From contig CP086569.2 in the NCBI GenBank assembly GCA_009914755.4, forward strand, positions 8,704,001 to 8,768,000: a stretch of DNA of 64,000 bases. Direction: 5' to 3'. A program made the position numbers and the translations under genes. Positions 40,198-53,464 of the stretch are shown one piece after another (position 1 is the first letter of the stretch; each line of letters starts with the position of its first letter). The notes under the pieces are model-generated. The model did no database searches and was not told the origin of the DNA. It saw only the letters and a program-made list of their open reading frames with translations. The stretch is from the human T2T-CHM13v2.0 reference genome, Homo sapiens.

Positions 40198-40390
40198 GGC
40201 CTGGCACAGTGGCTCACGCCTGTAATCCCAGCACTTTGGGAGCCTGAGGCAGGCAGATCATGAGGTCAAGAGATGGAGGCTGATGAAGGAGAATGGCCTG
40301 AACCTGGGAGGTGGAGCTTGCAGTGAGCTGAGATTTTGCCACTCCAGGCTGGGCGATAGAGTGAGCCTCTATCTCAAACAAACAAAGGAA
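40198..40390 (+). mobile_element. Alu with an internal deletion
   Basis: ggcctggcacagtggctcacgcctgtaatcccagcactttgggagcctgaggcaggcagatcatgaggtcaagag...ctgggcgatagagtgagcctctatctcaaacaaacaaagg. Confidence 0.85.
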
Positions 40391-41425
40391 AAAAAAGAAT
40401 AGCGGTAAATTTAATAGTGGACTAATGCAACAGTAAAATCTGTTTCCACTCTAGAATGAGATTTTCATGTAATATAAAGGCTAATAACAGTAGGTTTTTG
40501 TTACTTCAAATTTTTTAATTTATTTTGGCAAAACAAATGACTTATGATAATCTTTATATTTTATAACAGTAAATGTTTTAAATTTCGTACATATTCGGCA
40601 GGCATTTCAAAAACAAATTTTTGTTACAGAGTTGTCCTTTCTGAGTCCTCGATTTTAAATGCTACAGAGGGCTCCTGTTTCAAACACATCTTTAACATGT
40701 ATTTTTAAAAGTATTTAACAACCTTATGCATTTAAGTTGTTTAAATACATGTGGTTACCAAGTTAATTTTAATTTTCTTCAGGTTACATTTTAGTAAATA
40801 ATATTAACATAAGTTTTGTAGCCATATGGGGTGTCAAAGTTCTAAGGTCTAAAAAGGCTATCAAGCTTAATCAAAATTATTATGTTTAGCCATTGTAAAC
40901 CATAAAAATAGCCATTTTTTGTCAACGAGTGTCTGTAACCACTTTAGGCATTCTGTCATTTACAGACAATTGTCTTGTTTTAATCCTTTTCTAAAAATGG
41001 TTTATAATTAGCTGTAGGACTTTAACAGCTGCTCTCAAATGCAGGTTTATAATTAGATATTAACAAAACTCATGAAAAGCTTAAGAAAATGGACTAAAAA
41101 CACTGAAGCCATTTTTTCAACATTGACTTCAAATATTTCTGTGTATTTTGTTTTTCAGGGTTAAGGGAACTTTTTTGTGCAGGCAACAGTGTTCAACAAC
41201 TGATTAAAGTATACTATTGTAAAAAATATAAAAATATTTTATTTTTCCCTCCCTGTTTTCTCTAACACTTGGTAACTAATTTTTGCTTTTCTTAACTTAC
41301 AGCAATATAGTTGTTTGCATCAGTGCAAAAAAAATTTGTTTTAACAAAACAAAACTGGAAAAAAACTGGTTATTTTACTGAGGCTTTGACTGAAAGGATA
41401 TGTTTCTCTTTAAAGAATAAAGCTT

Positions 41426-41859
<434 letters not shown>

Positions 41860-42849
41860 TCAAAAGCCTCAAAACACCCCATGCTTTTGGTAACTCAATA
41901 AGAGAGGAGTTTACCCAGCTTAGGTATTTAAGGGTACAAGCTCATGGCTGGTCTCAGCGTTAAAACTTCCTGAGATTCCTTGCAGAACGGAGTTCCATGA
42001 AAGCCAACTGAAAAAAAAATGTAAAGGTAATTATTCTTGGCTTCACTTTATAAAACTAGGCCAAGTGGAAGACTGACATCTATTTTCCAAACAATTTAGT
42101 TCTATCATGATTTTTTTTTACAAAAATATGAACTGAAGAGAAATAATGTGTTTCAAAACTTATTGTACTTCTGTCATCAATGCATAGTCTCATAAGTTCT
42201 CATAAGTTGTTTTTAAGTTGTTGCCTACATTTTAAACTAACCCTGCTGAATCCCATGAGCCAATTAATAATCTTTGACTTTAGATCAAAGTAAACAGAAA
42301 GTAATGTGTAATTAAAAAATTTGTTACAATATTATATATAATTCTTGGCAAAAATCCTACAAATCCTGCCAGTTGATGAAAATAAATATGGTTCCCATAA
42401 TACAGAGGCTTGTTTGTATTTTTTTAATTAAAGCTGAATTCCATATACCTAAATCTTAGCAGGCATAACTGTAGCCATCAGTTATAAGGGTGTGTCACCA
42501 GGCTTGGGACACTTAAGCTGTCCTTAGCCAACTTGTCTTGTTTCAATACATGTCCTTTAGTAACTCTATTTTTTTTTTCCTTGAGGCTGTCAACTCCAAA
42601 TAGTAATAATGCAAGTAAGACCACACATAAAATCACCTATCTTCTGAGGACTCTGAAACAATGTCTGAAATAAATTCTAACTGCTGTTTTTTACAAACAC
42701 CCCTCTGCAGCAGAGAGTAGCCGGAAAGATCAACACTTAATCTCCCTAAAGCAGTTAGGTTCTTTATTTCTGAGGGGAGACTGAGAAAAGTTAGCTAGCT
42801 TCCCTTAGGTAAAAAGCAAGGCAAGGGTTTCCAGAGAGCCCCAAGCAGA

Positions 42850-43480
42850 TATGTCAGTGCCTCAACCAAACAGAACACAAAAATCAGCCTTAAAAGAAAT
42901 TAAGCTGAAACCACTGATACAGGACCTAACACAGTGGCTACTGCCTGAACATATTCCTGCAGCTACACAGACAGAAGAACCTCCAGTCCATTCTGGGAAA
43001 AAAAAAAAAACTTGCACAAAACTCAGGCTTACACAGACAAAAGAAAGAGGTGTGGCATAGAATATTTTTGTCTTTTGTATACTCAGTGCCCCACACCCAC
43101 AACAAGAAAATTTTATTCTCCTTTCACAGGCATAAATTCAGCAAGATTCAGTGGGTTCTCACTGGCTGTATTGGTTGTTATTGTTCAGACAGTAAGTCCA
43201 GCTTCTAAGAATTATCATTTAAGCTCCTGACTGATCCTGGGCCAAACTCACAAGCCAGTCTTTCATTTGCATTTTTAAGTCTTCTTGGGCTATCCTGAGC
43301 AGTCTCTATGAATTATCACTTCAGCCTCCGATTGGTCCCAGACCAAGGTCTTAGGCTATGCTTTCTTATTGGTCCAAGACCAAGGCTAAGACACATTGTA
43401 TAAGATAGCTGACAAACTAAGAACATCCCTTTCTCTTTTCAGTTTATAAAAATTTTAAACACTTGCCTCATAGTTTGCAA
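42850..43480 (+). mobile_element. ERV-associated repeat unit X, copy 2 of 3
   Basis: Similar to 37960-38700 and 55790-56340; contains tandem ctgggccaa...gct-type subrepeats. Confidence 0.5.
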
Positions 43481-43569
43481 CTCATGTGGGCCCATATTTC
43501 TGATGGTGAAATGGTCTCTTCTTTTGCATATTGAAGTTTTCCTCAAACTTTACCCATGTGTTCATGCTC

Positions 43570-43745
43570 CTTAATCTTCTAAATTGTGTGTCTGTGTAGG
43601 TGTGTGTGTGTGTGTATATATGTGTGTGTGCATATACATATATATATACACACACACATATGCTATGTGTATTTATACATATATCTATATACACAAACCA
43701 GACTGTATATATACACTTACATATACTGAGTAGTACATATGTGTA
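43570..43745 (+). repeat. Compound (TG)n/(TA)n/(CA)n dinucleotide microsatellite
   Basis: gtgtgtctgtgtaggtgtgtgtgtgtgtatatatgtgtgtgtgcatatacatatatatatacacacacatatg... Confidence 0.9.
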
Positions 43746-43929
43746 TGTGTTGCTCTGAGCAATATCTAAAACAAAAAAGAATTGTTACATCTTGTTGCAC
43801 TGGTAAAACTAGTACATTATCCGAACATGTGACCTGCTTTGTAGCTTTTTTTTTTTTTAATCAGGACTGCCTGAAAAATAAACCTCTTTCTTAAGATTAA
43901 CTGGTGCTCAATTGAGTCAGAAAATACAG

Positions 43930-44960
43930 AGGTGTGTTTTACTCACCCTCTCTCAGCCTTTCCATAAAGATTGAGGGATTCTCATCAAGTTTTAATCTAT
44001 TATGTTTATCTTAGAGTAATTAAGAGGTTTGGTCCCAGTCCTAGCTGCTGGCATCACTATACTACTAACAGACCGCAACCTCAACACCACCTTCTTCGTT
44101 GGCACTGTTCTTTTACTAGCGTTCCTGTACATGCATTCTAAATTTTTATTCTTTTCCACTCCTCTATCAAATGACGGGGATTCCAATTATGTTTTCAAAG
44201 AGCACTGTCTTTTTTCCTGTTGGGAATAAAGATTATGCTATCTGTTCACCTTAGTTTTGTCTTTCAGCATCCCTTTTTCTAGATTTATTTCCCTTTATAC
44301 TTTTAGGCTGGGTATAGTAAATATGTTGTTCATCTTCAAATGCTTTTGCTGCTAGTAAAGCTGCCAAATTTTCTGCAGCTTTGGTTTAGGATTAACATAG
44401 CATGTCTCCACATACAATGAAATACCTGTGTTAGATTTTGGAATGCCTCTATATATCTATTAGAGTCATCAGAGAACTCGACTAGATTTACATTTATTTT
44501 TCTAAGGCCCTGCAATGAAAAGAGAACTTGAAATCTAGTAGTACCACGTTTTTTTGGCATTTTCTACAGGGCCCACATTGAAATTGATGGTTTACAGGGT
44601 GGAACAGGGAGAGAAACTGATGACATGGGCATTAGAAAGCCTATAAAAGAGGTGCGGGTAGGGCATTTAGAAGTAGCATTTAAGGGTTTACCAAGGGTTT
44701 GTGTCTCTGACTTTGGGGCATTATCTTCTGTATGCCTGCTTTATATGACAGCCAAAGCTCAGAGACAGTTTTACAATGCTTACAAAGATCTGGGTTATCT
44801 ACCAAGGCAACGGAAGATTGTACATTGGAAACACTGTACATTTCTAGGCTGCATCTCTGTTTAAAGAAGTTTTACCAATGACACCTACTAAGTTTCTCTC
44901 TCATTGTCCCCTGCAGGTGTGAAAACACTACTTGCTGTTAGGGAGATTGAGGATTGATCT
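43930..44960 (-). mobile_element. LTR-like terminal region of class I ERV copy B (left end), paralogous to 60075-60830 and 28290-29420
   Basis: ttttaatctattatgtttatcttagagtaattaagaggtttggtccc... versus ttttaatctgttatcagtaccttagagtaattaagaagtatggccc... and further matches along about 800 bp. Confidence 0.55.
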
Positions 44961-46300
44961 TTCTAGCTACTTTTTGCTAGGAAGGGCATCTTGTAAGGAA
45001 ATACAACAGCTGGAGTTCACACTGAGGTTAGGGTAAGGTTTTTCAAAACCACGGTGTTTACATAAGTGGTTTCGTTTGCAGTACAATTTGTTTGATTGCC
45101 TCTATGTGAGATGAAACAATCTCGGTTATCAAAATATAAAGTGTTAAAATGAGACGAGGTGAGGAAAAGGATAGCTTAAAAATTCTGAGGCTGCTGACAT
45201 GCCCTTATAACTAATAGCTATAGATATGCTTAACAAGTTTTGGGTGCATGGGGCTTGGCTTGGCTTAGCTTCCTTGGTCTTATCCCCCAAAACACAAAAC
45301 CACCTCAATTATGAGTCCACTATATACTCTCATTACCTGGCAAGATTTGTAGAGTAATTGCCCACAACAAATATATTGTTAACATATTTTTCAATATTAA
45401 TCTTTTTATATTTTCAACCTAGCTGCAGCTAGAGATTTCTGGCTGGCTCACAGGAATCAACAGGGATAGCCTGAAATATAGGCAAATATTAAAGACAACT
45501 AATGAGATGAGAATATAATGGCAAACATATGATAAGATTTGAAACATGTAGGCTAGTTGAGGTAGCTCACACCTGTAATCCCAGCACTTCAAGATCAAGA
45601 TCAGCCTGACCAACACGTAGAAACACCGTCTCTACTAAAAATACAAAATTATCCAGGCATGGTGTCACATGCCTGTAATCGCAGCTACTTGGGAGGCTGA
45701 GTCATGAGAATCATGTGAACTCAAGAGGCAGAGGTTGTGGTGAGCCGAGATAGTGCCATTGGCCCTCCACTCTGGTAAACAAGAGTGAAACTTCATCACA
45801 AAAAAAAAGAAAAAAGAAAAGATTTAAACATAATTTTTCTCTCTTCATTTCTTATTACTGTAAATAAACAAAGTATGTTAGGCCTGAGTTGAAAATAGTA
45901 AAATGAACTATAATTTTATATTTAACCTAAGTATTTGCATAAAGTGCAGCAAAAATAATTATTTTTAAATAGTCTCTCTAAATTGGCTTTTACGAAACTG
46001 TTCTTCAGGAGGAACCTCTGATAAGAACTCTTAAAGCCAAGAAGAACTATGGGTTTTACTTTCAAATACCTATGAGTTGGGCAAACTTTACTCTTCTTGA
46101 GGTCCAAAAACATGAAAATCCTGGGCCTGTTAGCAAGTGACATTCTTTACTCACCACAAGTCTGCAATATTTTGTGGGTTTTTAATACATATCAGGACGT
46201 AATAAATGCACACTTTATCTGTCATATAAATGAAGTTCTTCTCTCTATCTTTCCCTAGATAGCTTTTCAGATATTGAGCAGCAGGGATAGAAACTGTCTT
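44960..46300 (-). pseudogene. Putative env remnant of class I ERV copy B, interrupted by an Alu at 45553-45828
   Basis: Called by position between the LTR-like region and the IN-paralogous segment, and by the similarity of 44960-45200 to copy A 29720-30000. No env motif verified. Confidence 0.35.
45553..45828 (+). mobile_element. Alu with deletions
   Basis: ggctagttgaggtagctcacacctgtaatcccagcacttcaagatcaagatcagcctgaccaacacgtagaaacaccgtctctactaaaaatacaaaattatccaggcatggtg... Confidence 0.85.
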
Positions 46301-46309
46301 TTGAGATTA

Positions 46310-46610
46310 TTATTATTTTTGAGATGGAGTCATGCTCTGTCTGCCAGGCTGGAGTGCAGTGGTGCAAACTGGGCTCACTGCAACTCCTGCCTCCTGGGTT
46401 CAAGTGATTCTCCTGCCTCAGCCTCCTGAATAACTGGGACTACAGGTACATACTACCATGCCCAGCTATTTTTTTGTGTGTGTGTATTTTTAGTAGACAT
46501 GGGTTTTCACCATGTTAGCCAGGATGGTCTCAATCTCCAGCCCTTGTGATCTGCCCGCCTTGGCTTCCCAAAGTGTTGGGGTTACAGGCATGAACCACTG
46601 CACCTGGCCT
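46310..46610 (-). mobile_element. Alu
   Basis: tttttgagatggagtcatgctctgtctgccaggctggagtgcagtggtgc...cccaaagtgttggggttacaggcatgaaccactgcacctggcc. Confidence 0.9.
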
Positions 46611-46649
46611 AAGAAGATTATTTTTAAGGCAGGTTTCAAAAGTATTAAG

Positions 46650-47400
46650 AATCTGTTTGACTCTTTTCAGTAGTTTTTTTTCTTGTTGTTTTATAAGTCA
46701 AAACTTGGTGGAGGACATTAAAAACATTTCACTGACTGAAGGCTCATAATGCAATTATAAATATTTAGAGTGCTGAAAAATGTATCTTTCAAAAGTGGTC
46801 CATTCTATCTTTGCATGGGAATACTGAGGCTTTATTTCTTTAATGAAGCTTTCTAAGGCAAGAGAGACTTCCAGTATATTGCAAAATTGTCTGTTTTTTT
46901 TGTTGTTGTTGTTGTTATTTGTTTGCTTGGCTCTCTGGTTTCTCAATCTATTTTTCTTGGCTGCTTTATCAGTCCCCTACTTGTGTCCTCTACAATGTAG
47001 TACTACTACTTTCCACGAAAGAAAAAGAGGAGAAAAATCTATGTATATCCTGATGATACTTAATGAGTGACTGTCAGAAAATGTATTTCTTTCCACAAAG
47101 TGGCATGGTCATAGATGATCAGAAAAGCATATTTAAAATGAGTATAAATATTATAAACATTTCTTTTTTATTTTTTGCTTCATTTGAGTGTTCTCACAAG
47201 GGCAAGTAACTCAGTGATTTGAACTCTGGTGCCTGGTAAGAGAGGCATATTCTCAGTAATATAATTCAAAGGGACTACTGCATACCCTAACTTTGGTGTT
47301 TCTTGTTTTAGGAAAGAGCTCCATTTCTACATTTACTAAGGGAGTTGCTTTGAGGTCCTCTCTGGCTGTGTAAGTTTTTACTACTCTCTGTTAACAATCA
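46650..47400 (-). pseudogene. Class I ERV pol (integrase region) remnant, copy B, left side of the HERV-K-like insertion
   Basis: About 75% similar by eye to copy A 32650-33390, which is contiguous with the copy A integrase ORF. Confidence 0.55.
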
Positions 47401-49252
47401 TGCTGAGACCAGCTCAGTTGGTGAGACCCTAACCCAGTGGCAGTAGTGGAATTAAACACACACACAGAAATAAAGAGGTGTGAAGTGGGAAATCAGAGGC
47501 CTCACAGCCTTCAGAGCTGAGAGCCTCAAACAGATATTTACTCACATATTTATTAACAGCAAGCCAGTCATTAGCATTGTTTCTATAGATATCAAATTAA
47601 CTAAAAGTATCCCTTATGGGTAATGAAAGGATGGGCCAAATTAAAGGAATAGGTTGAGCTAGTTAACTGCAGCAGGATCATGTCCTTAAGGTACAGATCA
47701 TGAATGCTATTGTTTGTGTTTAAGAATGCCTTTAAGTGGTTTTCTGCACTGGGCAGGCAAGGTGTTCCTTGCCCTCATTCCCATAAACCCATAACCTTCC
47801 AGTGTTGGCTTTATGGCCATCATGCACATGTCAGTGCTGGAGAGATTTTGTTTATGGCCAGTTTTGGGTCCAGTTTATGGCCAGATTTGTGGGGGGCTTG
47901 TTCTCAACATGCTCCCTTCTTTAATTTTCAAATTGATAAAAACAAAGGCAGCTTTGTCATGGTGAGCTACTTCTTGCAGGAGTCAGGAATCCACATCTGC
48001 AGACTATACAAACAAAAACAACACAGATTAAAAGCACAACCATCACTGAAATCACAGAGCTTCCAAGTGTTTTGATCCATTTTAATGGGTTACCAGCTGC
48101 TAATCTGTCTGCAGCTCCTTTAAGCACTCCAGTTCCTGGCATTAAGGTCGGGTGTGCCTGGGATGCTTTAAATATTTGTTCTTTTAATTTTGCAATATAT
48201 GCTTTTTCATTCTTTCACAGATTTTGATCTTATTAAGAGGTGTTAATGGTTTCCACAAATCCTTATGTTTAGCTCCTACAGCAGGCCATATCATTTGAGG
48301 TTGAGGTGTAACTATACCGCCACGGTTCCAGATAATAGGAACTCTTGCCATACTTCTTATCATTTCTACCATCCTAACATTTTGTTCAGAGAAGCTGAAC
48401 ATAATGTGGCCATGGCATGCAGACTGAGAGGTTCAATTCAAGAGAAACATCCCCTTAGGGGATCAATCAATAATGATTCCGTAGGAATCATTGTGCAGCA
48501 CCTCTGCCTGTTCTGCAAAGAAATTTTCCTAAACAATTACATTCATTATTTCTGTCCAGGTTCTATTTTGTATACAAATAGGTTTTTGAGGGCAATATGC
48601 CTCAATTATAGGAGAAGATTTATTATGTAAAATACTGAGATCAGAAGGCATGTGTAACTGTGGCATAAAGTGACTATATCCAGGCATTATTACCAGACAG
48701 GATTGATAAATATGCCCAATAAGCATAATTGTTCGTGTGTCAGCCCTTGTTGAAGGAATACTCACAGCAGTGGTGATAACTGCTATGATAGCTACCATTA
48801 AATTACTCATTGTGACTGGTTGTACTGCTTTCCTCAGGTTTTCTTCTGCCACTTTTGACAGCTTCTTGATCTGTCCCCAGGTCAGTGGCTGTGTTCAATG
48901 GGTGTTGCTCATGACAGTTAGGGTGTTCCTCAGCGGCAGCCTTGATGTGGCTGCAACTGGGGGATCCTCGGGATCCTCACGGAGTCTCTTCCTTGGCATC
49001 TGGCTCAGGATAAGGTTTCAGGTGTCTTGATGGTGTCCAAATCGGTTGTTGATTTTGGCCTGGAGAAACACAAGCATAACCTCTACAGCAAGTTATTATT
49101 TTACCTATTTCCCAATTTCGTTATTGGATCTCTCCACCAAATCAGTTGTTCTGCTTCTGTCTTTGCAGGTGGTTTCTGGAGATGCTGTTCAGCTGCTGAT
49201 AACATCTGGCCTTTGGACAGGCTCAAAAAAATTAAAGCTAATAATGCTAGAT

Positions 49253-49687
49253 TCAATTGCATCTATGGGGTTCCATATTCTCCATTTCCCCCTTTCTCCT
49301 TTGCAACTGCTGTTTTAGGGAAAGATTCATTCTTTCCACTATGGCTTGTCCTTGAGAATTGTATGGGATACCAGTAATGTGTTTAATATTCCACATAGAG
49401 AAAAATGTAGCTAGAGTTTGGATAGTACAGCCTGGGGCATTATCTGTTTTAGTAGAAGCTGGAATGCCCATCACCACAAAACACTGCAAAAGGTGATGCT
49501 TAACACAGGCAGAAGGCTTTCCTGATTGGCATGTGGCCCAGACAAAGTGAGAAAAGGTGTCCACACATACATGTACATAGGCTAGTCTCCCAAATGAGGA
49601 AACAAGTGTGATATTCATTTGCCAAAGAGAGTTAGGTTCCAATCTTCGAGGATTAACTCCTCCTATAAAAGATGAGGAATGTACCAT
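49253..49687 (-). pseudogene. HERV-K-like integrase (pol) ORF fragment
   Basis: 144 aa minus ORF with the DDE-region motifs listed above; truncated relative to a functional pol. Confidence 0.85.
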
Positions 49688-50676
49688 TTGGCAACTTGGG
49701 CATCACTGGATAATAGCTTAACTTATTTCCAGGTAATGCTGTATCTGCATTTGAGACAAGGCATTAACATGGGTTAAATTGTGAAAGTGGCTAGCATTAG
49801 ATACTGCATTAGCAACTAGGTGATCAGCCATTTGATTCCCTTCAGTCAAAGGTCCTGTAAGAGGTGTATGAGTGTGAGTGATGTAAAAAGGGTACATGCT
49901 ACTTCTAACTGCTGTTTGCAGTTGGGTAAATAAAGGCATCAGTTGTTCATCTGCATGAAATCATAACTGAGCCTTTTCAATTAACTGTGTGGAATGAAAC
50001 ACCTATGAAGAATCAGAAATCACATTAATAGGCATATCAGAGCAGTAAATACTTCAATTACAGCTACAAGTTCCTCTTTTTGAGCTGAAGTATAGGGCTT
50101 CTGAAAAACTTTACTTTTTGACCAAGAATAGGAAGCTTTACCATTATCAGACCCATCTATAAAACAATGAAAATGCTTAGCAGGCTGCAGATTGTTTACC
50201 GCAGGGATTGTAAATGCAAACCATTCACAGTCGTGCTCACCTAAGGGGACAGTTAATAAATAGTCTTTTAAATCTATGACTACTAAAGGCCAATTCTTTT
50301 TGGAATTATAGCAGGAGAAGGCAATCCTGGCTGTAATGCTCCCATAGGTTTTATAACTGAATTGATAGCTCTTAAGTCAGTTAACATTCTCCATTTACCT
50401 GATTTTTTTCTTAATTATGAAAACTGGAGAATTCCAAGGGGAAAATGTTGGAGCTATGTGCCCATTTTCTAATTGTTCAGTAACTAATTTCTCTAGAGCC
50501 TCCAGTTTCTCTTTACTTAGCAGCCATTGTTCTATCCAAATTGGCTTATCTCTTAACCATTTTAAAGATATAGCTTCTGGAGGCTTAACAATGGCCGCCA
50601 TGAAAAACTGTTTCCTAATCTTTGGCGAGAATTTGTCTTTCCACTTGAAGATTTTGTTTCAACCCTTGCAATTTTT

Positions 50677-51000
50677 TTATAGTCTCATACCAGGAACATA
50701 CCCCATTTCATGCACCATATGTGGACTTTGAGGGCTATATAATTGTCCTGGAATTAGAACTTGTGCTCCCCATTGTTTTAATAAATCTCCTCCCCATAAA
50801 TTTATAGGTACCGAAGTTATAATTGGTGGAATAGTCCCAGGTTGTCCATCAGGCCCTTCACAAAGCAAAATAGAACTACTTTGATATACTTCAGGGGCTT
50901 TACCAACTCCAACTCTGTTAAAATGAGCGGGTTGAATTGGCCATCTGGATGGCCAGTGCTGTAGAGAAATGATTGAAATGTCTGCTACTGTATCTACCAA
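50677..51000 (-). pseudogene. HERV-K-like retroviral aspartic protease ORF fragment
   Basis: 107 aa minus ORF containing VDTVAD (a DTGA variant) and the C-terminal GGDLL motif. Confidence 0.8.
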
Positions 51001-53464
51001 ACCTTTAAATTTCTTTCCCTCAATAGTTATTTCACAGGTAAGATGTTTATCAGTAATTTGATTTACCCAATAAGGTGCTTTGCCTTGTTTATTTGTGCTT
51101 CCAAGTCCTCCTGTTCATTTAATTTCACATTTTCCCATTCCCATATACAGCACAATCAGGAGCTGTGCTATACACTCTCCTGGCTCTGCTTTTCAGGGAA
51201 CAGAAGTAGATATAACAATTTCAATTTCCCCATTATAATCTGAATCAATGACTCCTGTATGTATTTATACCCCTTTTAAACTTAAACAAGAGCTGCCTAG
51301 AAGTAATCCTATTGTCCCTGCTGGCAAGGGTCCACAGACTCCTGTTGGGACTTTTGTGGCAGTTCCCCAGGCAGAAGCCTCACAGCTTTTGTGCAGCATA
51401 AATCTACTGGGGCACTACCAGCTGTGGCAGTGGACAGACATTGTACAGAGGTGAGGGAAGAGCCTGAGCTAGAAATGCCCCAGTTTAGAAGAGGGCCCAG
51501 GATGGGCACCCCATGGCATTTCCTGAAATTGCGTTCCCTTCTTTATCAAACTTAGAGTGACACTGATTAGTACAATGTTGTCCTTTTATACATTTTGGAC
51601 ATATTTCATGCTCAGCAGTTATCTTTTTTCTCCTATCTGGTGGCCTGACTCCCTGATTTTTTCTACATTCTTTTTTAGTATGACCATGCTTCCCACAGTT
51701 TAAAGAAGCTCCAGGAAATGGAGTATTTCCTTTATCCACTCTCAGTCCTGCCATTGCCTGTGCCAACAAAGTAGCTTTATGCAGATTGCTTCTGATACCA
51801 TAACAGGCCTTGATATAATCAACTAAATGTGCTTTCCCTGTGATAGGTCACAGAGCAGCCTGGCAATCAGGATTAGCATTGCTGAAAGCTAATAACTGCA
51901 ACACTATATGCTGAGCAGCCAAATCTGCAGTCATCTTTTTAAGAGACTCCTGTAACAGAGCTATAAAATCAGTGTATGGGTTCTTTAGGTCCCTGTTTTA
52001 TAGCAGTAAAGGAAAGATATTGTTCTCCACATGAAGTGATTTTTTTCCCGAGCTCTAATGCACACTCCTCTAAGCTGTTCTATGTCATCATCCTGCATGA
52101 CCAGTTGTGCATCTTAACCAGCCCAGCCGCCAACCCCCAAAGTTGGTCTGCAGTTATATTAATTTAAGGTTGGGCATGGGTATTGTGAGCAGCCTGAATG
52201 GAAGCTTCATCTGCCCACCAAGTTTTAAATTGTAGGAACTAAGCAGGAGTTAGACAAGCTCGAGTAAGAGCATCTCAGTCAGTAGGAATCATCCGACTGG
52301 AAACAGCAACATTCTTTAACAGTCCCATTACAAAAGGAGAACCTGGTCCATACTGATTTATAGCTTGTTTAAATTATTTGAGTAATTTAAAAGGAAAAGG
52401 CTCAAATGTAGCTATAATATTTCCCTGTTGACCTCGGTGGTGTATTCTAACAGGGAACTTCCAAGCCTCTAAATCACCCTCCCATCTAGTTTGTTGAATT
52501 CCTGCCTGAATAGAACTAAGAGTGGTCACTCAAGGTGCTGCTTGAACAGTCATGGGGGCAAATGCTTTTTGCCCAGTGTCCTCCAGAAAAGAAAGATATG
52601 GAGGGTCTTTTTCTTCATAATAATAATGAGGGTGTGCAGAAGTATAGGGATGAACCTCTCCTTCCTTTGCCGCTTTAGCTTTAGCTGGCAAATAAACATG
52701 CTCTGTAACCTCTTCTGTTACTTCCCTATATTCTCCTTCCTCCTCATCATCAGTACGAAAAAGTTCCAAGGTGGAACGAAACACACCTCACACTTCTCCC
52801 ATTGTTACCCTGATGCTTCTGAGCTCCCCTTATTACTCACCACGGGGATTGTTTTAAGAGTACTCGGGTGTCCTCCAGCTAGTTCCACCTTCTCAAACCA
52901 TCACTCTGGTGATGCTTCAACCTGGATTCAAGCCCCCATGATGGACGCCACTTGCCAAGACCAGCTCAGTCAGGGAACCCCTAACCCAGTGGTGCTAGAG
53001 GAATTAAGGACACACACACAGAAATGTAGAGGTGTGAATTGGGAAATTGGGGTCTCACAGCCTTCAGAGCTGAGAGCCACAAACAAAGATTTACCCACAT
53101 ATTTATTAACAGCAAGCCAGTCATTAGCATTGTTTCTATGGATATTAAATTAACTAAAAGTCTCCCTTATGGGAAACATAGGGATGGGCAGAATTAAAGG
53201 AATAGGTTGGGCTACATAAATGCAGCAGTCGCATGTCCTTAATGCACAGATCATGCATGCTATTGTTTGTGACTTAAGAATGCCTTTAAGTGGATTTCCA
53301 TACTGGGCAGGTGAGGTATTCCTTGCCCTCATTCCTGTAAACCCACAAACTTCCAGAGTTGGCTTTATGGCCATCATGAACATGTCACAATGCTGCAGAG
53401 ATTTTGTTTGTGGCCAGTTTTGGGGCCAGTTTTTGGCCAGATTTTGGGGGGCTTGTTCCCAACA

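Larger units (their letters stand above)
47401..53464 (-). mobile_element. Near full-length HERV-K-superfamily (class II, betaretrovirus-like) provirus. 3' LTR 47401-47909, env about 47950-49250, pol IN 49253-49687, RT about 49700-50600, protease 50677-51000, gag NC 51485-51769, gag to about 52800, 5' LTR 52953-53464. Flanked by the 6 bp duplication CAATCA
   Basis: About 510 bp direct repeats (tgctgagaccagctcagttggtgagaccctaacccagtgg... and tgccaagaccagctcagtcagggaacccctaacccagtgg..., both ending ggggcttgttc(t/c)caaca). Minus ORFs: env TM anchor PGTGVLKGAADRLAAGNPLKWIKTLGSSVISVMVVLLICVVFVCIVCRCGF (47957-48142); IN ..YVHVCVDTFSHFVWATCQSGK...KTDNAPGCTIQTLATFFSMWNIKHITGIPYNSQGQAIVER (49253-49687); RT N-terminus ..[28 protein letters not shown] (50395-50601); PR VDTVADISII...GPDGQPG..NLWGGDLLKQWGA (50677-51000); NC with a CX2CX4HX4C Zn knuckle (51485-51769). 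CAATCA duplication at 47395-47400 and 53465-53470. Confidence 0.88.

Noticed and set aside
52491-53153. 220 aa plus-strand ORF, the longest in the window
   Set aside because: It lies antisense to the HERV-K-like gag and runs into the 5' LTR. It is Cys/Ser/Leu-rich low-complexity sequence with no domain signature and is most likely a chance antisense ORF in a GC-moderate region.
47401-53464. Possibility that the HERV-K-like provirus is HML-2 (the youngest, potentially active family)
   Set aside because: Its LTRs are about 510 bp, whereas HML-2 LTR5 is about 970 bp. All genes are fragmented by stops. It is therefore more likely an older HML family, and I have no basis for a precise assignment without a database search.
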